64,000 nucleotides of DNA from Prorocentrum cordatum (Eukaryota). A model generated the notes under the pieces. That model did not search any database. It was not told the origin of the DNA and was given only the letters and a program-made list of their open reading frames with translations. Of this stretch, positions 42,811 through 55,249 are shown one piece after another; the stretch's first letter is position 1, and each line of letters starts with the position of its first letter. Where the stretch lies: positions 806,001 through 870,000 of the forward strand of contig CAUYUJ010000114.1 in NCBI GenBank assembly GCA_963575745.1. Direction: 5' to 3'. The position numbers and the translations under genes were made by a program.

Positions 42811-43446
42811 GGGAGGGCTCTAGTTGTTCATGGTACGGTGGGGGCGTGGGTTAAGGACTGTGCCCAGGAAGTTTTCAGGTCCTGGAAGGGGTCCTCATTT
42901 GATGAGGGGGGCGGTGAGATGCACGCTCAATCCAAGATTGGAGCTATGACGTTCCGACTTCATCTAGCCTTGACCACAAGAAATAATTTCGAGCACCAGA
43001 AAACGTACCGAAACTCAAGGGTCTTCACGTGTCGGGCCCAGGGAGACACTCGCCCGACACTGCTTCGACACTGTTTCGACACTTTTCCGGGTGCTCGAGA
43101 TTATTTCTGGGATGTGGTCCTGAAGTGCGATGGGAGCAACATAAGATGGGAGGTCTGTCGGCTTCCAGATCCCGGATTCCTTAGCCAAGGGGGCTCCTCA
43201 GCCAATGCCCTCAAACGTAAGGTCCTGGAGGGGTTCCTCATCTGATGAGGGGGGCGGTGATACGCATGCTCGATCCAAGATTGGAGGTCTGTCGGCTTCC
43301 AGACCCTGGGTTCCTTAGCCAAGGGGGCTCCTCAGCCAGTGCCCTCGAGCGTAAGGCTTCGGGCTGCGCGCAGGCAGCCCCCCCAGGCAGCCCAGGCTGG
43401 CCTCAACAGGTGCCCCCGGTGGTCCGGGGCGGTCTCAGCACTTCAA

Positions 43447-43607
43447 TTCAGTCGGGCCTGTCCCTCCACAGGAGGAATATTCAAGAACAGTCCAGAAATA
43501 GTCTGGGGACGATTGTGTGAGGTTTTTTTTTGTTTTTTTTGAATATGTTTTGAATGCTTCTTATTCTTCGCCCAAAATCCCCCTGTAGGGGGACAGGCCC
43601 GACCTAA
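43447..43607. mobile_element. MITE family C copy
   Basis: Perfect TSD cacttcaa. Confidence 0.88.
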
Positions 43608-44213
43608 CACTTCAACCCAGGGTTGAAGTGTTAGGCGCCAGGGTCCCTGGCGCCGCCTCCAGCGGCGCACCGACCTGAGCAAGTCGGTGGGCCTCTTGAG
43701 GCCAGCTGGGGCGTTACCTGGGGGGGGGCTGTTCTGTGCGCAGCCCAGAAAGGGTGGTCTTGTCCAGGCCTCCCAAGGGGGGTCCGAGCAGATGGGGCCG
43801 GAAGATGTGCCGCGGTCGCCGATGCGTCGGCGATGCGGCTCGAGCAGCTCGATGTGGAGCCCGACCTTCTTCACGCCCACGGCGCCGATGCATCGCAGAT
43901 TGCCGACACATCGCTGGTGCATGCCCGATGCGGCGAGGTCCTCCGACCCCATCTACTCGGAACACCCATTTTGGAAGCTTTCAGTTTTCGGACTGAACGG
44001 GGCTCCCAAGCGAACCAGGGCCAGCACAGTGGGGTCCCACGCAAGCCCAAACGGGACCTCGCCATCCCTGGGGGGTTGCGAAGTGTGAAACTGTCGCCAC
44101 GTTCGAGGTTTGTTGGGGGAGCCAGCACAGTGGGGTCCCACGTATCCTCAAACGAGACCTCGCCATCCCTGGGGGGCTGCGAAGTGTGAAGCTGTCGCCA
44201 TTTCGAGGCTCGC

Positions 44214-44850
<637 letters not shown>

Positions 44851-45699
44851 AGAATCATCACGATTCTCATGTTGTGAAGTAGTGTGCGTGCACGCAGGTT
44901 AAATGAACCCGAGCGTGCAGCAGCACCTTCACACATGTTGTCAGTAGCCTTTGTATCTCAGAGGAGAGGTGGCAGGTGCACATCCCCAGCGTCAGCTCTG
45001 TAGGCTGGCCCTCTGCACCAAGAATTTGCGCTGCACTGTGAAAACCGCGATCCCTGACAGCCCATCTCGTCGGATGACGCCATCGGAAGATTGGCAGCTT
45101 GCAGCACTCCGCCTGGAGGCCCGAGGTCCCCTGACCCTCGAGCTGCGCCGCCGGGGCGCGGGCAAGCTGCTGGCTGAGCAGGCGACGACAGGAGCCGCAC
45201 GCCACCGAGGGAAGACGAGGAGCCTCCGTGGCGTGAGGCGCTCCGAGGGGATCGCCGCGAAGCGCAGAGAGCACATAATGACGAGCGAAGTAAATCATGC
45301 AACTCATGCAAATAGTAATCATAAGGAAATCATGAATCTGGTTGGTTCGTCACATAAGGAAATCATGCAAAGCATGCAAATCGTAATCATACATCTTGTT
45401 GGTTTGTCACATAAGGAAATCCTGCAAATAGTAATCCAGAAGCAAGGCGGTATGCAGAGGAGCCAACACGAGTTTCAGAGCTGGGCAACCTCAGGTTGTG
45501 ACCCCATCCGCAGCTCCAGGTCTGGCAGTTCCAGGAAGGGTGGGTACCGCCCCGCCGCCGCCTCCGCCTGCTGCACCTGTGGTCGTGGTTGGAACCGCGA
45601 GGCAGCAGCGGGACGCGCGTTTCACCCAGAGGATCCCCGACGTGGTTTGCAAGGCGTTCGACGAGGGTCGCAATACATGCGTGCCAGGCTGGCCTAGCA

Positions 45700-46330
45700 G
45701 AAGGCCCAGGAAGACATAGATATCCCCGAGTCACCGAGCGTCGAAAAGTACCTTGATGGAGTGAGAGCATTGAAATCAATATCCACGGCTGTTGAGTTGG
45801 ATGAAGTGTTGGAGGAGTCCCGTGAAGCAGACTTTGCGGTGCAAGTCGTGGTGCCCAGAGGTGCCACTATCCGAAAAGCACTGCGGGTTGTGCACCGGGG
45901 TGTGTGGCTGTTACTCAGGAAATCCACTGCCCATGGGGCTGACCAAATACAAAGCGACGCTGCAGGCCGGCGTCTCCAAGGCAGAGTTCCAAAGCATTGT
46001 AAAAAGTGGATTCCACTGCTTGACGGAAGACCACGCCACACAGCTAGGCCTTGAAGCTCCTCCTCAGAAGCCGGGGGGCCCAGAGGTGGCCAAAGAGAAG
46101 TGCGAAACCCTCTACACCAGGATGACCCACCGCATCCACAAGGCTGATGCAGACAGGAAGGATGATCTTGAAAAGGAGCAAGAGAAAAAGAAACGGGAGC
46201 AGGTTTGTTTGAAGAGCAAGCCTGAGGAGTTGAATCTTGCAGTTGTTGCCCAGCGACTTCTCTTCGCCAACCCGTCAATTCAGACGCTGCGCGGTTGCGA
46301 AAATCTCCATCTCCGAGGAGGCAGTTTCTC
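45700..46330 (+). pseudogene. Frameshifted coding-like remnant of unknown family, probably TE-derived
   Basis: Complex non-repetitive peptide in frame 45761 (ELDEVLEESREADFAVQVVVPRGATIRKAL) continues in frame 45792 (KYKATLQAGVSKAEF...DLEKEQEKKKRE). No introns, and it lies inside a GT8 intron. Confidence 0.45.
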
Positions 46331-47671
46331 AGCGGTTGCAGCCCCCACGCGCGTGGTTTTTCTGGGCGGGCGAGGTGGCCCCTTGGTAAGTCACTGGCAG
46401 GGCGCCAGAGTTGGAGCTGAGGTTCTGGCGGATCCACGGCGACGCCCCGCCCAAGGCCTGCCCCCCGGGGGGCGGGTCGCGGGCGCGCGGGTCGTGGGCG
46501 CAGGTCGATGCCCTCCTCGCGGGCGCAGGTCGCGGGTCGCATGCGCCGGTTGCCCGCACGAGTCGCGCGCGCGGGTCGCGGGCGCGTTTCGCGGGCGAGG
46601 GTCGCGGGCGACGGTCGCGGGAGAGGCTGGCGCGGGGCGCCATCGCCGCCGTCTCCGTCGTCGTCGTCGCTGCCTGGCCTGCAGGCCCGCAGGCCCGGGG
46701 CCATTCGGAGGAAAGGCTTCGGCGGCAGCGCCGATGAGGGCGCGTCTGGGCGAGGCTTCGAGAGCCCTGCTCCATGGGGTCGTGCTCACGGCCACCAGCG
46801 CCGAGGCCCTCCGACGCGGGTTGCGGCCCGCGCGGGGTTGCAGCTCGACGGCTCGGACGACGAGCGCGACAAGGTCACGGAGATCGCCCGCGACGCGCGC
46901 AGTTTTTGCACCCGGAAGGCGCGGCGGCCGCCGGGCTGGAGGGCCGGGCCCGGACTTCCTGGAAGACTCCAAGGCTCGGCAGCGGGTTTGCTTGGTCACC
47001 TTCGCGGCGGCGCTCCCAGAGCCCGCCGAGGGCGCGGCCGCTGGCGGCGGCCTCGCCGTGGTAACCTCGGACGAGGTCTCGCGAGAGGAGTTCCGGGGCG
47101 CCATCCTGAACGCCGCGGCCAGCGCAGACCTGCGCGGCACCGCGTCGCACCTGCGCAGCGTTGCATATCATTCGGGCCGAGCCGGGCCTGGACCGAATCA
47201 AACGTGAATTTTGGCACGCCCTGCGTGGGTCGCTTGGTTTTCTACCGCGTCCTGGCGGCGCGCGCTTCTTCGTCGCGTTGCGGGGCGCGCTCTGCGATGC
47301 CGCGGCGCCTGGCCTGGCCCCAGCCCAGAGGGGCCCCCTGGTCGCGAGAGCCATGTTGGCGCGACTCTGGGGCGCGCGCGGGGGCGTTTCTCCGGGCCGC
47401 GTCGACGACATTCGGGCGTTCAGCCTGCCATCCTGGTGGCCATTGACCAACATTTCGCGCGCGGAGCCGCGCGCGCCGGACAACCCCCCCAAACGGCGCC
47501 AGCGAAACGCTGCTGGATCAGCTGCGAATCGGCGGTGCATCAATTGTTGTTGTGATCCGGGGGGCGAAGCGGGGTGCCATGGCCACCACTCAGAACGCAC
47601 TCGGGCCGCCGAGGGGCAATATTCGGGGGAGGTGCGCGGCCGCCAAGGGCAGTCGTCGGAGGTGGGATTCG

Positions 47672-47875
47672 ATTATCATTATTCGTCTTCTCTTTATTAT
47701 TATTATTACTATTATTATTATTATTATCATTATTATTATTATCATTATTATTTCTATTATCATTTTATTATTACTATTATTATTATTGTTATTATTATTG
47801 TTATTATTATGCTTATTATTCTTCTTCCTTCTTCTTCTTATTATTATTCTTGTGTTTCTTATTATTATTCTTCCT
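47672..47875. repeat. (TTA)n microsatellite
   Basis: Direct reading. Confidence 0.93.
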
Positions 47876-49179
47876 ATCTCCTCCTCCTCGTCCTCCTCCT
47901 CCGGGGGCGTTTTCGGAAGCCGTTTCAGGAGACTCCGAGGAGATTTTCGAGAGTTCCCCCGGCGCCTTGCGGGTGCTCCTCGGGAGCTCCCAGGCGACCT
48001 TCTCTGGAGCGTCTCTCGAGGGGGTCTGAGGAGCCCGTCGGTGGCCCTTCCGGGATGCTCGCAGGAGCTCCGCGGGTGCGTTTTCGGGAGCCTCTCACGG
48101 GGGCCCGGGAGCTGCTCGAGGATTCCGCAAGGCTTTCTCACAATACATATATATAGAGAGAGAGAGAGAGGGAGAGAGAGATCCCCAGGGGGCCTGTCAG
48201 GGAGCCATGTGCACCTTTGTCGTGCCTTCCTGGTATCTTTCAACCGCCTTTCAGGGATTTGGGTTTTATCGATTTCTGTTTCTCTCTCTCTCTGTCTATG
48301 GTCTATGTTTTTTGTTTGCTCTCTCTCTCTCTATATATATATATAAATGTCACTATCTCATGCTTATTTTTCAAAAGGAAGAGGATGACTGTTAAATGGT
48401 GGTATGTGTTGTTCTCTTCTTCTTCCGTTTTGCTATTTGTGTTGTCTCTCTCTCTCTCTCTCTCTATCCCTCTCCTTCTCGCTTTCTCTCTTTGTGTGGA
48501 GCTTCGCAGCAGCTTCGCAGGAGCCTCTCAGGTACCCGGAAGGAACCATTCAGGAGTTTGCTTCAGGTCCCTCTAAGGATCCCTTCAGGAATGCCTTGCG
48601 CTGCTCGCCTCTCGTCGCTGTCATCGTATTCGCCGTCGTGTTCGTCGTGGTTGTCGTCATCGTCGCCATTTTTCGTTTCGTGTCCGCGCAAGGGGGTGAT
48701 AAAACAATTATGGCGCATGGTTTTTCAATGGCGTGTTCGAATTTCGTTTCAGATGTTACGCAGATGCGCGGTAGAGGAACTGTTTGGGGGGCAGCTTCTC
48801 CCGACCAGTTTGAGGTGAGTGGGCGTCCTTGGCTTTTTTAGTGCCCTTCATCCAAGTCATTATGTGTATCCTCCTCCTCGTTGTTTTTCTCTCGATCCTC
48901 CTTCTCCTCCTCGTCATTTTCCTCCCTCCCCCCCTCTATATCCGCGATTCCCCTCTTGCTTCTCCTGGAATTCTCCTCCGCCTTCTTGCCGCTTGGCGGC
49001 CTGCCCCAGTGGTCCGAAAGAGCCCAGGGCCCCCCCGAGAAAGACAAACGAACGCGCGAACACAGATGTTCGGAGTTCCGCGCGGTTCGCTTCAGCGGAC
49101 GAGCAGTGCTACAACGCACACTTGCCCGCCGTCGAGGGCGCCTGCCCCGGGGGGTGGGTGGGAAGTTGACACCCTGACG

Positions 49180-49372
49180 TCGGGAGCGGAAAAGAGGGGG
49201 GTGATGACTAGGGGGGGTGGATTTCATGGCGCGGGCCATGATTTTTCCTCAGAATTCATGGCGCCTCTTCTTATTTCATTACGTCCCAGGACCCCCCCCT
49301 GGGCCGCGCAAATGCCGCCGGTCATGATTTGCACCCCCCCCTCTTGGACACCCCCCTCTTGGCCGCTCCCGA
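49180..49372. mobile_element. MITE family B, copy 3
   Basis: Perfect TSD tgacg. Confidence 0.88.
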
Positions 49373-50025
49373 TGACGTGCCGCCGTGGGGATATCAACTT
49401 TCCACCCGCCCTTGGGCCGGCGTCTTCGGCGGCGAGGAACGTCCTGTCATGACGTGGACCCCACGAGGTCTAGACCTGCTCCCCGGGCCCAGCTTCTCTT
49501 CCTGCGTCGTTGTTTGATCGCCCCGGGCCCCCGCGATGGCCCCCAGAGGCCCGAGGCAACATAAGACCTTCCGCCATGACGTGCTCCCGACGCGAGGGGG
49601 TCTAGGGCCAGGGCGGTCCCTACGCGGCGTGAAAGTTGGTATTTTTCGGGTATAGCCAGGACCCCAGGTAAGGGGATCCGGATAGTGGTAGGGCCTCGGA
49701 GCCCCTGAACTGGCCAGAGTCACTAAACCAGGTCTGCCGTAGTTAGTGTTTTTTCGGGTGACGGCAGTTCCGGTTAGTGGAACGGGGCGGAGGGGCGTCC
49801 ATCAGTACACATCACTAAACCAGGTCCCACTAAACCCAGTTCTGCCAACGCCCGAATTTTCCCCTTCCTCGTCCGCTGATGATCTCCCTTGGGTTTGCTC
49901 GAGGCCCCACCCGCGCGGGCGCGTCTGGCGCCGCCCGTGGCTCGCGTCGCGCGCCACGGGGGGGGGGGCAAGAGGGGGGCGGGCGGGCACAGGACCGGGA
50001 CAGACGAGTTGTCCCAGAGCGTTCT

Positions 50026-50196
50026 CTCGGCATCGCTCGGACGTGTGCGTCTTTTCCTCGGCGAGGACCATCGAGGGACATCTGGCAACATCGGCGAGGA
50101 TCATCGGCGAGGACCATCGGCGAGGACCATCTGGCAACAAAAAGCGCGCACGAAATCGAAAAATGAACGCAGAACGGACGTCCGAGCGATGGAGCG
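50026..50196. mobile_element. MITE family E copy
   Basis: TSD ttct, with internal tandem duplications. Confidence 0.78.
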
Positions 50197-50256
50197 TTCT
50201 GGGGCGCTCTCGCAGAGTGTTACTGGGGCGCTCTGGGACGGCTGCGGCGCCAGATG

Positions 50257-50389
50257 CATTGGTATCGCTCGGACGTGTGCACATTTTTTCCTGGCAGGGA
50301 TTATTCAGGAGCATCCTGGATCATCCTGCGAAAAAACCACGCACGAGACTGGAAAAAACAGAGGGAATGGACGTCCGAGCGATGGCCAG
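50257..50389. mobile_element. MITE family E copy
   Basis: Colinear, TSD gatg/gata. Confidence 0.75.
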
Positions 50390-50520
50390 GATATTTGCAG
50401 TAAGACCGGATTCCAGAATCCACGTAACCCTGTCCGAGTTCGCGGGGTCCAGCGCCGACCCCAGAAGTCCCCACGGACCTCCGAAAGCTGATGTTTGTGT
50501 AGTAGTTTGTGCTTCCGCAG

Positions 50521-50549
50521 GCCCTCCTGGTGGCGGCGTCGCTGCGAAG
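50521..50549 (+). CDS. GT8 gene 29-nt micro-exon (ALLVAASLR+AG)
   Basis: ttccgcag|gccctcctggtggcggcgtcgctgcgaag|gttggc supplies the missing GT8 segment (YALG-ALLVAASLRR-TG) in the correct phases (0 to 2). Confidence 0.85.
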
Positions 50550-50842
50550 GTTGGCGGCGCGCACAACGGGGTGGCGGAAGGGGGGCGGCCTTCTGAGAAG
50601 ATGGGGGGTAAGTTAGAAGGCCAGGGTCTTCTCAGAGGCCCTACCAGCTTCCGTGGAGTATCTCCGAAGCCCTGGGCTCTTACAAGAAGGCCGCTGCTTT
50701 CGAAGAAGCCCCCCATCTTGCCAGGCATCCGACGATATGATTTCTTTCACTGTGCGGCACCCCTGGGGATCCGACCCCTTCCCCGGGGGGCCGGTCTTTC
50801 GCCCCGGATCCAATTTTGATGGCCCGGGGACCAGACAACGGG

Positions 50843-51055
50843 TCGGCACGCACCAGATGGGCACAGAAAGAATGGGTACAATGCCCAACAGCAGTTCCTG
50901 TTCTTTCTGAGCCGGACTCGCTGTCCGCGCCGCCGCGGCCTGTGCCCATTTGAGACAGAAGGCCGCCTGCCCAACAGCGGCCGCTGTTGGTTTGGGACAA
51001 CATTTGTTGATGGGCATGGTGCCCATTCTTTCGGTACCCATTTCGGGCGTCCAAA
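50843..51055. mobile_element. MITE family D copy
   Basis: Perfect TSD acggg. Confidence 0.85.
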
Positions 51056-51180
51056 ACGGGGTCCAGAGGCCCAAATCTTGGAACAATCGCCGGCGCTGGA
51101 GAGTGCAGGGGCCCCCATGGTCCTGTCCGAGAGGCCCCCCGCCTCGCGCCGGCGTGCGCGCCGCGAACGAAACAAAAAAG

Positions 51181-51268
51181 GACCGGCTCGCTGGCGCGGA
51201 CGGTGATGCTCCACACCGCCGACGTGCCCGCCCGGCGGCTGGAGCTCCTGCGGCACTTTTACGACGAG
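51181..51268 (+). CDS. GT8 gene exon (TGSLARTVMLHTADVPARRLELLRHFYDE)
   Basis: aaaag|g acceptor, gag|gt donor, phase 2 to 0. Matches the GT8 pattern TG....VLL.T.DV....R..L. Confidence 0.85.
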
Positions 51269-52175
51269 GTGCTCTCGCCGAGCGCGTTCCACTGCTCGCA
51301 AAGTGCCTACTCGCAAATGTCGGAAAAAACCGCGTTCGCCTCGATGTAATCTGTCGCAAATCCCTTGCGGCGAATCCAGGCCATCTGCGAGCAGTGACCA
51401 TGCGAGCAGCGGAACGCGCCTGCCTACTTCTCACAGGGGGCAGCGGGGGGGGGTCCCATGTCCATCCCTCCTCCTCCTCCTCCTCCTCCTCCTCCTCCTC
51501 CTCCTCCTCTCGATTCTGGCTGGCCCGATCCGATTCGGTTCCGATGCTCTGACGGTCCGCTGCAGCCCGATCGATGCTTGCATGGCGGTGCTGTGCATCC
51601 TGGCGCAGCCAGTGCGATTCGGTTTCGACTTCGTGCCGAGACAGCCCGATCCAACGCGCAGTTCGATTCGATCCAAGATGCTGATTGGATTCTGACTGAT
51701 CCTGGGGATGGGCCTAGGGGGGATGCAGCGACGTCCAACGAAGAAGAGAAAGACCTTCATACGCATGAGCTGTGGGATCTCCCACAGTGAACGCTTCTGC
51801 CGCCTCGTGTCCCTCCAGAATCGAGGCTCGAGTTTTTCGAATCTGCTCTTCGGTTCTCGGCGGCTTTCCAGCCTCGAGATGCGTTCCAGCAGCTGCGCCT
51901 CGCCGAGAGCGTTCCCCGGGCGCATGGATTGTCCCGAACGGCCACCGAAGGCCCGAGTCAGTGCCCGAAAGCCACCGGGGACGGGTATGGGCTCAAGGAG
52001 GGGGGCGCATCGACTCCCAGTCGCCTATTCATCGACAGGGGCCGATAGCTCATTCCGCCCAGGAGCGTGCGGAGTCGCTGTCGGGGACCTATCGCTGATC
52101 TATCGTCGATGCATCGCCGATTCCAGCTCGATGCTTCCTCCCTTGAGCAGGTCCCCAAATAACGTTCCCCCTCAG

Positions 52176-52490
52176 GTCCGCCTCATCAGGGACCCGATCT
52201 CCATCCCACGCGGCTCGCCACTGTGCGCCTCGTCGCGGGATTTCGGGCACCCGCAGTTCCTGAAGCTGCACTTGCTCGAGCTGACGGAGTTCGACAAGGT
52301 GCTCTACCTGGATTCCGATGTCATCGTGCGGCGCAGCCTCGACGAGCTGTTCGCACTGCAGGCCCCGGCCGCCATGGACCGCGTCCTCCCTATGGCGTCG
52401 CACGGCACCAAGCTGCCCAATCGAGTCTACTATGGCCCAGGCATGGTGCGCGGCATCCAGGGCGGCGTGATGCTGCTGGCGCCCGACCAG
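52176..52490 (+). CDS. GT8 catalytic exon with DxD motif
   Basis: VRLIRDPI...FLKLHLLELTEFDKVLYLDSDVIVRRSLDELF...IQGGVMLLAPDQ. KL..L..FDKVLYLDxD is the canonical GT8 core (DSD at 52311-52319). ctcag|g acceptor, GA donor cag|gatccg, 315 nt. Confidence 0.93.
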
Positions 52491-52493
52491 GAT

Positions 52494-52650
52494 CCGGAGG
52501 GCAAAACACACAGACACAACTAGTCATCGATTCCTCGAAAATTTCGGGAAATATACGAAGTGGGGCTGAAGGCGAGAATGCAGAAAACATTGGAAAAGGA
52601 ATCTTGGGATTTGTGTCTATTTATTTGTGTGTGTGCCCCAGGGTCCCCGG
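52494..52650 (+). mobile_element. Family A copy, diverged, 3 nt after a splice donor
   Basis: Colinear with the family and starts immediately after cag|gat. Confidence 0.75.
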
Positions 52651-52820
52651 GGGGGACACACACCGATTCGGATAATCACCCTTCTCTCGTTCTCGTCGTG
52701 TGGGGCGTCCTCTGCGAGGTGTGCCCTCGCCACCAAGGCTGGATTGCCCTAGGCTGGTCAGAGCGCGCCCCCAAAGAGGTCCGACACATGCGGTGTAGGT
52801 ATCGTTCTGCCCCCCTCGAG

Positions 52821-52935
52821 GAGCGTTTCGACCTGGTGCGCAGGGAGGTCGAGGACCCCGTCGCCATCGCCAACAGTGATTTCCGTCCGAGCACTGGAAA
52901 CGAGCAGGACTACTTGACCTGGCACTACTGCGACG
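52821..52935 (+). CDS. GT8 gene exon (ERFDLVRREVE...GNEQDYLTWHYCD)
   Basis: ctcgag|gag acceptor, GC donor gacg|gcgc, phase 0 to 1. EQDYL corresponds to the GT8 DQxxLN motif. Confidence 0.88.
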
Positions 52936-53091
52936 GCGCTCGAAGAGGAGGAAACCGCATCAACAGAAGCCTTCGGAGTTCCGCGCGGATCTCTTGAGTC
53001 GGCGCCGGATCCCCCTGGTGGCGCTTCCGGCACCGCCCATGCAGGGGCTCCCAAACCGTTCAGTGACCGCACCGTGTGGTGAGCCCCAGTG

Positions 53092-53465
53092 TCGGGCCGG
53101 ACGAAAGTGGGGGATTGGGAAAGGGGGGGTTACGAAATCTGCTGCATGCAGCTGGTTTCGGCCCCGCCGCCGGGCCCATTCCTCGATGCATGGGCGCCTC
53201 CCGGCGCCGGAAGGCGCCGGGAAAATCAGCTACGTGAGCTGATTCTCAAATTCCCCCTCTGCAGGAGGGAAAGAAACACACAGACACAATGAATCGTCGA
53301 CCCCCAGGAAAATATGGGAAAGTATGGGAAGTGGGGGGGAAGACGGACACCCAGAAAATATGGGAAAAGATGGGGAATAATTTTATGTGTGTGGCCCTTT
53401 CACCTTCGCTATGGGAAAATATGGGCCCCTTCACCTTTGCTATCCCCCCCTTTCGCCCAGCCCGA
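53092..53465. mobile_element. MITE family I copy with nested family A element
   Basis: Perfect TSD cagtg, interrupted at 53261-53433. Confidence 0.85.
53261..53433 (+). mobile_element. Family A copy nested in family I
   Basis: TSD cctct/ccttt, with a short local duplication at the right end. Confidence 0.8.
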
Positions 53466-53869
53466 CAGTGGACCTCCGGGGTGGCCGGACGGTCTCGGGG
53501 CTCTTGGGCCGCTCTCCGAGGAGGTCCCCGGGGCGACACTGGGGCCTCCGAGGGCCCCAAAAAAGCGGTTCGGCGGACGGGCCTGTTTTCCACCACCGCC
53601 ACCATAAGTTGGAGGGGGGGAAGGAGGTGGAGGAGGAGGAGGAGGACGAAGAGGAGGAGGAGGAGGAGGAGGAGGAGGAGGAGGAGGGAGGAGGAGGAGG
53701 AGGAGAGGAGGAGGAGGAGGAGGAGGAGGACCCCCTCCCCCTCCTACTCATGGCAGTGGCGGTGGGGAACAAGCCCACCAGCGGCGACGGTCCGTGCGGT
53801 GAGGTCTCTTCGCGGAGTGCGAGGTCACCGCGCGGCCGGTCACCGCACTGCGTTTTCGGACCCCCAGAG

Positions 53870-53995
53870 TTAGTGGGGTCGGGCACGTCCCCCTACAGAC
53901 GGATTTGGGACGAAAAAATTTAAAAATAGCCCAAACATGTTCAAACATGATCAAACATATTGCAACAATCGTCACCCGACTATGTTTCATACTAT

Positions 53996-54057
<62 letters not shown>

Positions 54058-54094
54058 TTCCCGCCTGTAGAGGGACAGGGCAGGCCCGATTTAA
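53870..54094. mobile_element. MITE family C copy with internal (TA)n expansion
   Basis: TSD ccccagag/ccccacag, (TA)n at about 54001-54058. Confidence 0.78.
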
Positions 54095-54191
54095 CCCCAC
54101 AGGGATGGGGGGGGGTCCAGCTCCGACCCGGGAGGCCCGCGCGGACCCCCGGAAGCTCGTGCTCTCTGGCATGTGTGCCCTTCGTCCCCAG

Positions 54192-54297
54192 GCCTGCTGG
54201 AGGAGGACGGCCACGCCTCGGTGTGGACGCACCTGGGCTGCGAGTACAACTTCGAGGTGCACGACCCCGGCAAGTACTTCGCAGTCGGCAGGGAGAG
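54192..54297 (+). CDS. GT8 gene exon (GLLEEDGHASVWTHLGCEYNFEVHDPGKYFAVGRE)
   Basis: cccag|gc acceptor, ag|gt donor, phase 1 to 2. W..L...YN is a conserved GT8 motif. Confidence 0.88.
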
Positions 54298-54699
54298 GTG
54301 CCAGGCCTCCCGAATGGGCGCTTCTGGGAGGAGGAGGAGGAGGAGGAGGAGGAGGAGGAGGAGGAGCCCCGAGCCCCGAGCCCCGCAGAGCTGTCGTCTC
54401 CCTGTGGTGCGACGTGTGCTTCCTGCCGGCCCTCCGCCAGCGGAGGGGCGCCCCCGTCTTGCCTCCGCCGCACCTCTGCCGCCCCGAGATGCACCTCTTT
54501 CGATCCTCGAAGGCGGGGCCCCGTCCCCGACGGCGCCGACGCGTCGCGGGCCTCGCCGATGCATCGGCGGTGCATCGGCGATGCAGAGGCGATGCGGCGC
54601 GATCTTATGGCTCCACGGCGATGCAGAGGCGATGCAGAGGCGATGCAGAGGCGATGCAGAGGCGATGCGGCTCGGGCCCCATGTGGGAGGCCTTCCGAG

Positions 54700-54930
54700 G
54701 TGGCTGTGGATGGACTACCGCAACGACGCCGCCGTGCTGCACTTCAGCGCGCTGTTCCGGAAGTGTGCCAAGCGCCTGATTCGCGAAGAGGACTCGCCCC
54801 GGCTGCACCACAGGCCCGACGTGGAGAACTGCCGCGTGGCGTTCGCCGAGAGCGTGTGGGACGAGGAGGTGGAGCACCTGGGCAGGGAGGCCGCGGCGAG
54901 AGGGTACGATCTGAGGGAATGGCTGGGCAC
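54700..54930 (+). CDS. GT8 gene exon with VLHF motif (3' end uncertain, about 54889-55090)
   Basis: ccgag|g acceptor, phase 2. Reads RWLWMDYRNDAAVLHFSALFRKCAKRLIREEDSPRL...VWDEEVEHLG. VLHF matches the GT8 C-terminal His motif and third positions are GC-rich. Confidence 0.8.
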
Positions 54931-55249
54931 AGGGTCATCCCGAAGAGAGGAAAGACTGCAGAAACATGCACTCGCGGAGAGCTCCGAGGATCTACTATCG
55001 GATCGGCGCTGGTCCCCCTTCCCTGGCGCGCGGACCGCGCCAGAGACGGTGTCGGTGGCGCAGCCACGGGGGTCCACCGCAGATCCAGGAGACGTCCGAC
55101 GATATAATTCCTCCCGCTTCGCGGAGTGCACGTCTGGAGCGCGTGAAGGCTGGGCGGTGGGTGGTTTGCCCTGCTCGTCTGCCGCGAAGTTCGGCCGTGT
55201 CGCTCTGCCCGCCCCCGTGGGGGCTGCCAGCGCCCCGCGGGACGGATGC

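Noticed and set aside
43635..43665. Alternative exon for the ALVLG.SLR segment (GARVPGAAS)
   Set aside because: It needs several sequence changes to fit, whereas 50521-50549 fits exactly.
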